A stretch of DNA of 64,000 nt. It comes from Candidatus Omnitrophus magneticus. Its GTDB lineage: Bacteria; Omnitrophota; Gorgyraeia; Tantalellales; Tantalellaceae. The notes under the pieces are model-generated. The model made no database searches. It saw only the letters and a program-made list of their open reading frames with translations, and had not been told where the DNA came from. The stretch spans positions 20,424 to 84,423 of the forward strand of contig JYNY01000232.1 of assembly GCA_000954095.1 (NCBI GenBank), in the 5' to 3' direction. Positions 18,401-25,600 of this stretch are shown piece after piece. Position 1 is the stretch's first letter. Each line of letters starts with the position of its first letter. A program made the translations under genes and the position numbers.

Positions 18401-20017
18401 CGCGCCCCAGACTGACTCTCCTAAAGCATTAAATTTACTGGCTATTTGTATCATTGAAGTAGAAACTAAAAGAGAATTAAACTTAGTAATAATATCCGGC
18501 ATCCCTCCGGCTAAAAATTTAAAATAATGAGTTTCTTCTTTACCTGAACGGAACCTAGGCATTATGGATACATATGAAATACCGTTTGACTCGAAAAGTT
18601 TTAAAAGATTATCCGTATGAAAACCGCCTGTCATCATTATAGCCGCGCTCGAGCCGTTAGATAATTCCGTGAAACGTAAATTTGATAAAAAAGCAGAGTC
18701 TCTAGCAAAAGAAATTTTAAAAAAATCCTCTATTCTTTCGCGGTAAATATCGAGATTGCCAATATTTTTATCTAAATTTATTTTAAGATTATGCGCGGAG
18801 CTAAACCGGTTAATAATATCAATAAAAAATTTTATTGAGAAATCTGGTCTTTTAGATAAATATGATTTATACTGGCTCACAGTCAAAGAAAAATCAAAAA
18901 TATTTTTAATAATACCTACCCGGTTAGAAAGATCGTCAATTTCGCGTTCGCGGGGCTCCCTGAAAAGTTTTTCTTTTACCATATCTTCCAGACGGGATAA
19001 TTCTTCGGCGGTTTGGGCGTGATCCACTTTTTCATATAAAGAAACATATTCAATATACTGCTTTAAATTAATATAATTTTTAATATTAAAATTTATAGCC
19101 TTAGCGCTGGAAACAAGATATTCATAATAATCTTTGCGTGATATTCTATCGGCTTTATAATCCAGCGTCTTTTCTATAAATTTATTTTTTTCATACTTTG
19201 AAAATTTCTTTTCCAATTCTTCCGCGATAATCTTCGCATCTTTATCGGCTCTATCAAAATCTATTGTCTTTTCTTTTAAAAGGGATTGTTCCAATATATC
19301 CACATTCACGAAATACTTTTTATCTACACCCTTCTCTTTGGATATTTTTAGTAAAAATTTTAAATATTCCAAAAATTCTATATCTTGATTTTTATACCCC
19401 TCAAAAATTTTATCCGCGCCTATAAGTTCTTTAGAATAAACGACTCGTTTAATTTCAGACAAAGCTTCGCTTAATTGCCCAATATATTTTTTCGCCTCTT
19501 TTTTAAAAGTTAATGAATCCCTGAAAACTTTTAAATTTTTGAGATATAATTCTTTATCCTCAATACCCCATAATGTTACTTCTCCCATATTATGCACAGC
19601 AAAAACTTCAGCTCCATTCATTTCGCCGTTACGCAAAAAATAATCCGCTATATCCATCCGTATATCTTTATTTTTTACTTCCTTAAAAACATCCAAATTA
19701 TATGATCCCGCGCCGCCTTCAAGATTAATTAAATCTATACCATAATGCCTGACACAGCGGTCAATAATATCATTTATTTTTTTCTGACATTCATAGTTAG
19801 TATGCGCGTCCTGAACATGTATTATTAATTTATCCGGTCCGCCTTTATACCTATACTTGATATCACCTAAATACTCCGGCAAATCAAAATTCTGAATATC
19901 TAAAACATTTAAAATCCCCTCCGCTCGATCCGTAGAAAAAAAATATTTTAAGCCGGCGCAATATCCCAGTGCCGTTAAAATCAATGCTATAATAAAAATA
20001 CATCTGAACTGTTTCAC
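12446..20017 (-). CDS. Giant (2523 aa) membrane-anchored protein with an embedded PPDK-type ATP-grasp and phosphohistidine (dikinase) module
   Basis: GTG start at 20015-20017 with AGGAG 9 nt upstream, followed by an N-terminal hydrophobic segment. PPDK N-domain motifs GGKGAGLLDM, VSVRSGAPLSMPGAMDTILDI, GTAVNIQIM and QDIEFTVENGKLYILQTRN lie at nt ~16175-17065. The swivel-domain motif GGTTSHAANVARKLKKPAVV lies at nt ~15680-15945. No PEP/pyruvate TIM-barrel motifs follow. Confidence 0.85.
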   Translation of the reverse strand: MKQFRCIFIIALILTALGYCAGLKYFFSTDRAEGILNVLDIQNFDLPEYLGDIKYRYKGGPDKLIIHVQDAHTNYECQKKINDIIDRCVRHYGIDLINLEGGAGSYNLDVFKEVKNKDIRMDIADYFLRNGEMNGAEVFAVHNMGEVTLWGIEDKELYLKNLKVFRDSLTFKKEAKKYIGQLSEALSEIKRVVYSKELIGADKIFEGYKNQDIEFLEYLKFLLKISKEKGVDKKYFVNVDILEQSLLKEKTIDFDRADKDAKIIAEELEKKFSKYEKNKFIEKTLDYKADRISRKDYYEYLVSSAKAINFNIKNYINLKQYIEYVSLYEKVDHAQTAEELSRLEDMVKEKLFREPREREIDDLSNRVGIIKNIFDFSLTVSQYKSYLSKRPDFSIKFFIDIINRFSSAHNLKINLDKNIGNLDIYRERIEDFFKISFARDSAFLSNLRFTELSNGSSAAIMMTGGFHTDNLLKLFESNGISYVSIMPRFRSGKEETHYFKFLAGGMPDIITKFNSLLVSTSMIQIASKFNALGESVWGAGVIQAGKAAIEALDKLIQEEILKAGEAKGHKVIENIKSVGNINLVDGKVNVSFKMSDGSIKTILYESAFLHEKKNNVESVFKGESFDFYTSNDTSPTFLTMEQIGEKLKAAAGDVFSFVICEIIGKDNSKTIKIAMGPSTVFHSVLMKNIQQSPLYESAGASNVKWIHGTLSGANPNFNFQFKDKNAPTEEENASKVRMESAFQNLMDSINTGAVRIENPSKSVIFQDRITGEVIEYAPAKEGAMHSNIIRALNVEFAEGIKSLYKGNAPQVGSILDIINNKSNGSLYKIENGAVTVNTKYKNKIQKISEQLALLELVSKKNEDNIGFEDGLKSIFYDYSADNVDFFTVVRGAEKFSGKNIAITQFESSKDFELFAMANSDLYKALKNAYGSNVISKFYAGDKGLSYFKDVDVLDSNMDIVDITNKDELNKLVKGSERFLGALGGKGAGLLDMKHQKGLPVPDAFIITTNAFRKWYKVWNERFSEEVEKREKKQGMALSEQEKEEIQKNMPLLLNDSDELKDLKNSILEFFKKLREQNNSRPVSVRSGAPLSMPGAMDTILDIYDEKSLISAVEAVFRSWDSIDAKSGRRTSGFLVPDNLGTAVNIQIMRYASVPKYTKDVRNEKGNIIHEAGDVKQDVIDYLSKQSGLEIDTKNSFSGILNTRNSTSGENVFEANWARSLGEELVSGLEEGKNWNDLEKDFGEIAGELSKYAKVLEEYYGFPQDIEFTVENGKLYILQTRNMQVDGDMGIKFIRDLTLEKINKIKEDRAVSDAIKNEKIKILKEKAYETAKPYLETFQKSSLKMPLKDSELYRQILLSQGKPASNGAVSGELVMSSNALRELRSREKMNDTADNPRPFILVMEETEKGDMSAIELASGVIFLSGGTTSHAANVARKLKKPAVVATDILVNKNGYLVKANESITISRESCADYDGLWGDLVKLGYLDSKGNVLGKAGLVKGYQEINWEEFTKKDYTELQKEDIYTRLIGARMNVFYSIDGKTGEIAKGREPIIFSKISQDDLSKINSYDSMISVIEKVAEEYAKKQKDIIKKEFTLKEVKEGIILSGIKELENRMEQLQDGDVLKFTIGDFRVGDTAVPYFNAGESSRDFSSLHAEGDETDGISHLAEGFIKRIGNETVIIFKPAEKFNSAGYLPVESYFALLKAGKDFKQMLERNSDFLNIFKGSKIISDVHDNISKAIEKYNKEYHSKFVLYGNSISKIMREKGIVSKINETNEIEQLKEIMKLELVVKAAEINELYIFMNSNVGETSRYKDNEIYDYEYRTSTEREKIEKKKGKKPRPATPENITRDERNINEYKINNLKENDSLNFVIGFDSLRLKMWRFMPRFILAESKMDDHGSGLFMKEFTPENGKTGVICNGKISIIDGKKQISFEVMNDVQAGSEKEEIPSSQKVVYLAKGIKFFLEMLESNTDLLRGFYGYEINNPFLNLEALIKNYNLKDAEGRYLTPAQVKEEILKEDERIKNMPSATKKPGLDLSSRRDFAGITEEDFNKIVNLKEINNELYLRVSLANAMELNKNDYKANKEDAEFGNEIIFNIKDNEGFVKIAKDIGIREVSMDIFGRSVNLYLSSELEIAPDTIKDLMEQAIKDARGNIDNIPKNLVIGLVDESYSLFVDRASHGFIGINKILIDRFKGDNEKNARNIIIKIGLSRFISKALTGENGITPEFQSEQNKRDIDFAVKSFAGQDKETRNAFNKFFTDNVLRSVFPELVNSRLIEMSKDKVSDVAKSCRDVLSLVRPNNAPTYIFVEADTNDELFNGAEYVKVNNKTARYISREYGANLKIYFLSVHEMNKKIEDVTSRKNFKENDNARILVFANSEVDIDGRISREFNERMEKYKTLAGEVARERETVSKMAAMVPGNFLTENMNNKFSIVALSSLGIGIADFSRMSESERNGELGSVMGKEIQSLFLQLVESPSSFNSYDTKKLLDALIKGNIFMKIQRINYGEIKEYIQAEAAVLESL

Positions 20018-20096
20018 AATATATTTCTCCTAAAAAATATTTGCCTCTGGCGACAGAAATTAAATTTTTTATTTTTTTAGTTTACGTGGATTTATC

Positions 20097-22274
20097 TTAC
20101 CTCTCGCTACGACTCAAATCAGACAAAAACCGCGGCGGCACATTATACCCAAGACTAACAGCCTTATCACAATATTCACGGGCTAATAAAAAATTTTTCT
20201 CCGTGTAATAAAATACCGCTAAATTAAAATACGGCCGGGGGTCTCTGGAAGAAAATTCCAGCGCCTTTTTAAAAGAAAACACTGCCAATTCTTTATTGCC
20301 TATTTTGAAACTTATAAGCCCCAAATTATTATAAGCATCTTTATTTTGAGGATTCCGTTCCACGGCTTTTTCGCATAAATTAAGAGCTTCTTCTTTATTT
20401 CCTAAATCAGCTAAAATCATGCCTAAATGATAATATGGCATTACATCATCCGGCGCTATATTTATAAGGTTATAAAAAATCTCAACGGATTTTTTCTTTT
20501 CACCCATAAGAGCGTATGTAATACCCAAATTTTGATAACTCAAAGGATACGATGGATCTATGGTTATCGCCTTTTGATATAATTCTATCGCCCGTAAAAA
20601 ATCTTTTTTATTCCGATATATCGTAGCTAAATTGTTATACGCGAATTTATCCGTGGGATTTATTTTAATTGCCGCTTCATAACTTTCTAAAGCATCATTC
20701 ATCCTGCCAAGCTCACTATAAACATTCGCGAGATTATTATAAGCCTTCCCATTTTCAGAATTTAATTTTATGGCTCTTTTATAAAAAGTTATCGCGTTCT
20801 CCTTCTCTCCCTTGGAGTTATAAAGATTCGCTAAATTATAAATCGTTTTAACATCATTAGAATTTTTCTCAAACGCTTTTATATAAAATTTTTCAGCTGT
20901 TTCCAAATCGCCTTTTTCAGAAAACAAAATGCCAAGATTGTTATACCCATTCGCGTCATTAGGGGAAAGCTCTATTGATTGTTCATATAAAGGAATCGCT
21001 GATTCAATACGGCCTTCTTTCACATACGCCAAAGCAAGATTATTAAGCGCCTTATAACTTTCGGGATTATATTTTATTATTCTTTCATAAAAAGTTATTG
21101 GATCTTTCCAATAAAAATTTTGGAAGAATGTTGAAAAACCGTAAAAAACGCATAAAACCGATGTAAGGCCTATAGCCGCTAATTTAAAAAGACGCGTTTC
21201 ATAAATTTTTATAATAATACCGGCTAAGCCGATAAAAAAACTAATTGAAGCAATATACAAAAAATGTTCTGCCATAAAAAACGGCGCTGGGAAAATATTC
21301 GCGTACGGAATTAAATTTATAAAAAACCAAAAAATAAAAAATGCCACTGCCTTCTGTTTTCTAGATAAAACCGCGTATAATAAAAAAACCGCGGTAATAC
21401 TACAGCCGAAAATAGCCTTAAAGTTAAATGGGCTAAAAATCTTATCGCCATAATCCATATGTAATCCAAATGGCAAAATCATAATCCTAAAATATTCAGT
21501 AACCGCTACAAAAAAACCGGGTATTCTAGCTAAAGAGCCGTCAAGATTTGACGGAGAAAGAACCGGCGCTAAAATAGTAGCGCGCATGACTAAATACAAA
21601 AACGTAATAAACGCGATAGGCGCGAATGCTCTAATAATTATTTTCTCGCGATACGCGTAATGATACGCTATTATTAAAATAGGAAAAATCACGCTTACTT
21701 CCTTCGAAAGAACAGCCAAAATATAACTTAAAATCATCAAACAATAAAAAAATATATTCTTGGATTTCATAAAATTCAGATATAACGCCATACCGGATAA
21801 AATAAAAATAGCGGATAAAGTGTCAGCTCTTGCTGAGATATACGATACAGACTCAACATGAATAGGATGCGCCGCGTATAAAATACCGCATAAAAATGCT
21901 AAAACCCTATTTTTAAATAACGCATTTATAAACCACAAAAGAGCCATCCCCGCTAACATATGAAACACCACTGATAACGCGTGATATCCTCGAACATCTA
22001 ATTTCCACAAAGAATAATCAAACATATAGGTAAGCATTTGAATAGGACGATAATAAGTGGACGGGCCGTCATCTCCGCCGGCACCGATATCTTTTATAAG
22101 AACATCCTTAATATTATTCCACTTTTTTATATGATTATTATTCTCTACTAAAAACTCATCATCCCAAACAAATTTTCCGTTTAAAGAACTACTGTATGCG
22201 AAAATAACAATCAAACAAATACACGTCGCACTGAATACATAAAAATATTTATTTTGAGAAAAATTTTTAAACAT
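20097..22274 (-). CDS. TMTC/PMT-like polytopic membrane protein fused to a C-terminal TPR array (putative protein O-glycosyltransferase)
   Basis: 725 aa. The N-terminal ~400 aa contain multiple hydrophobic helices with WDDEFLV and YYRPIQMLTYMFDY motifs, typical of GT39/TMTC-like enzymes. The C-terminal ~330 aa are 34-residue TPR repeats (AYNNLA...G....A...Y..AI...P). Confidence 0.75.
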   Translation of the reverse strand: MFKNFSQNKYFYVFSATCICLIVIFAYSSSLNGKFVWDDEFLVENNNHIKKWNNIKDVLIKDIGAGGDDGPSTYYRPIQMLTYMFDYSLWKLDVRGYHALSVVFHMLAGMALLWFINALFKNRVLAFLCGILYAAHPIHVESVSYISARADTLSAIFILSGMALYLNFMKSKNIFFYCLMILSYILAVLSKEVSVIFPILIIAYHYAYREKIIIRAFAPIAFITFLYLVMRATILAPVLSPSNLDGSLARIPGFFVAVTEYFRIMILPFGLHMDYGDKIFSPFNFKAIFGCSITAVFLLYAVLSRKQKAVAFFIFWFFINLIPYANIFPAPFFMAEHFLYIASISFFIGLAGIIIKIYETRLFKLAAIGLTSVLCVFYGFSTFFQNFYWKDPITFYERIIKYNPESYKALNNLALAYVKEGRIESAIPLYEQSIELSPNDANGYNNLGILFSEKGDLETAEKFYIKAFEKNSNDVKTIYNLANLYNSKGEKENAITFYKRAIKLNSENGKAYNNLANVYSELGRMNDALESYEAAIKINPTDKFAYNNLATIYRNKKDFLRAIELYQKAITIDPSYPLSYQNLGITYALMGEKKKSVEIFYNLINIAPDDVMPYYHLGMILADLGNKEEALNLCEKAVERNPQNKDAYNNLGLISFKIGNKELAVFSFKKALEFSSRDPRPYFNLAVFYYTEKNFLLAREYCDKAVSLGYNVPPRFLSDLSRSER

Positions 22275-22664
22275 TTTTTCCCTATCTTATAAAAAAATTG
22301 ACCTTATCCCAAAAAATACTAATACATTTTGCGGGTTATACCTTAAGTTTACATTACGGACAACATAAATAAAAATCCACTTCTCATTTTTTAGGTTTAT
22401 ATTTTTTCATTGTGCTGGCTTGTTTGAAATTTAACCCTAAAAAAATGCTAGCCACTAAACAGTTAGTAATTACAAGCTTAATTATTCCGGATAAAAAACC
22501 TAATATCTTCAGATATTTTTGTTAATAATAAAAAATCTAATATATGCTATTGATTTTTTTCTTTTTTATTGTAATATAAAAAGTATTATTCTAACCACTT
22601 CACCTAAATATAAGTAAAATGCTGAATAAATAAATTAAAAAATACAATAATAAGGAATAATAAT

Positions 22665-25600
22665 ATGCCTTATGTTATAAAAAAAAATATCTTAAATTTA
22701 ATAAAAATTTTGTTTAATACATTATTTTTTATTTATACGTTAAACTCCTATACTTATTCTGAAATACTTCCAACAACTCTTCAAATTCCATCTTTTTTCA
22801 ACACAATAAAAGATGCTGAATTTTTTGAAAATTTATTATTAGCGCATTTAAAATACGCGACTACAGGAATAGATATAAACAATTTAAATTACAAATTAAT
22901 GCCTGCTTTTTCAGACGATATAAATGGTGTAATAAACTTTCAAGAAAAAAAGCGCGAAAATAATTATTGGGCAATTCCCTGCGCTATTCACATTAAAACA
23001 AACAATTGCACTTTTGAATATACCGCTACCATAAAAGAGAATGAAGATATATCAATACAAAGCATATTGCCAAAAAATTTTTTATCCCAAAATAATACCG
23101 TCAAAAATAAATCAAAAAATCAAATATCAGAAGAAAATTATTATGCGGATAGGCCGCTTGATGGGATTCCCAAGTCAGAAATAAAAAATATACTCATATT
23201 AACTGAAGATAAAATTTTAGGAGTAAAGCTTGGCGAAACAATCATAGAGTTATGGCCGCTCGCCACACCATTACTAAAAAAATTTCCAGACGCTAATATT
23301 TTAATAGCTTCTGAATTCTCTGAAATTTTTAACGGAAAAACATTTCACAATAAAATAAAAATACTGCCTCAAGAAACTCTCGCGGAATTAAGAACTTCAC
23401 CAGAAAAAATTGAAAAATTTTTTAATACCAATAATTTTGATTTGATTTTTTATATAGGGATGCATGCCGGCATTGTAAAAAAAATAGTTTATTCTAAAAA
23501 CAATACAAAACCAAAGCCGTATCTTTGCCAAATAGTATCCCCATTAAGCATAACACAGGCCTTTTCTACGGCTATTAAAGAAACAAATTTAATGTCTGAC
23601 AATAACTATAATTTTATTGCCTTTTGGGACACGCATGGGAAAAAATACATAATCAATACAACTAATATCTTCAAAAATATTATGAAATCATCAAAAAATT
23701 CAAATTTTGAATTTGGATGGGCAGGTATATGGAATTTAACTATTAAAATGTATGAAAGCCTCGGGCTTAAAGTAAACCGTAAAAATTTATTACAACTTAA
23801 ACTTTCAAACGAAGAAACTTTCGGCGCTATTAAATGGCTAAAAAACTTATTTGACGAATCAACCAAAGAATATAAACATATAAAATTTGATCCCCAAAAA
23901 AAAATTATTGTTGTCAATGTATACGCTGTCACGCAAAAGAACATTCTCACCGAAGATGAATGGTCAGGCATAATCGCAAAACTAGCTCATGAAATAAAAG
24001 ACGCGTATTTTATTTTTCCAAGAGGCGGAAAAATGGACCCTGATTATGAGTATGTTGAAAGAATCGTCCGTAACGCGAAAATAATTTTAAAAGAGGATGT
24101 TACGCACAAAGATAATCTAAATGATATACAATTAGTCCTTCCAAGAAAAAATATATATCCGTATATGCATGATCTATTGGGCATCTCAAACGCTGTTGTT
24201 TCATTAGACACAGGCTTCAGCCATCTTGCTTCAGGAGTTTATAATCTTCCGTTATGCCTTATAACAAGCCCTAATATAATCCATTGGATACCCCCTAAAG
24301 ACAATATCTTCACAATCTTTTTTCAAGGCGTATTTCAAAATGCTTCTCGCTATCTAAAAGAAACTGAAATAAAAAAACAGGAACGAATAAACAATGAAAT
24401 TAAAAACTTAGCGGATTGGCTGAATAAACAAGCAAGCATGAAACACACTCTTTCTAAAAGACTTTCTTCTCTTTCTGATGAATACGCAAGCATACTTGAT
24501 AAAAATCTATTAAATCATTATTCAATAGACGCGCCTTTGGATGAAAAAAAAATACATGATTTCGCCGCGAATATAGTTAAACAATTAAAGCTTCCTGAAA
24601 GTATTACACCTGAAATAAAATTTGTTAATACCAGCGAGCAAATCGGAATTGAATTATCCAGATTTTCAATAAAGTTACGCGCGTTTTCTAACAAAAAAAC
24701 ATATTTATTAATAGACGCAAACAATAAAAATCAAGAATACCTATCCGATATTTTAAATAATGAGTCAAACAAAATTGAATTTATCCATGAATTACTAGGC
24801 CGATCTATAACACGTATAACCTTTCCCGAATTCAGCGATAAGGACTTAAACACAAAAGACTCTATCCCGCAAAATTATTTTAAAAATTCTATAAAGACAC
24901 GAAATATCTTAGAAGAACTAATAGCGCGGCTAATAACTATAGAAGCTATTTTAAAACTTTCACGTGAAAATATTAATACCGTTTCCAATAAAGAAATAGA
25001 ATCATTATTAAAAATATACATCCCCGGCAATACAACATTAACACTGGAAAATATAAAAAAAATATTAGAACACAATACTCAAAACACGGAATTATCAAAT
25101 ATATTTTTATCCGATATCCCGTTAAATCAGCAGGAAAAAATATTATCTCTTTTAAATGAAAAATATCTGCCGCGTCTTAATTCATTATTCGCGTATTGGC
25201 GGAATGAAGAAGTAGCAATTAAAGAGCCATTAACCCTACTCCCTAAAAAAGAAATAAAAAATGTACTATTATATTATGACAATGTAGCGCCGTTTAAACT
25301 CGGAGAAGTCATAATGGAACTTTGGCCGCTAGTAGCAGGATTTCTTCAAGACTTTCCTGACTCTAAAATATATATAGCGGCGCCGCTAGCGGAAGTTTTT
25401 AAAGGCCAATATTTTGGAGAAAGGATAAAAATATTGGACCATTCGAAAACCACACTATTAAAATCCTCCGCTGAAACAGTCACGCATTTTGTTTCAGATA
25501 ATCATATAAATCTTATTATATCGCTTGATACTACAAGAAATAATTTCATAAAAACTTTAAGTAATTATCCACGCCTCATGGATAAACCTTATTTACTACA

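Noticed and set aside
22679-22687. A9 homopolymer at codons 5-8 of the double GT9 gene (and T9 at 35212-35220) as phase-variation tracts
   Set aside because: A/T runs of 8-10 nt are frequent throughout this AT-rich window, including in housekeeping genes. There is no evidence of length variation from a single sequence.
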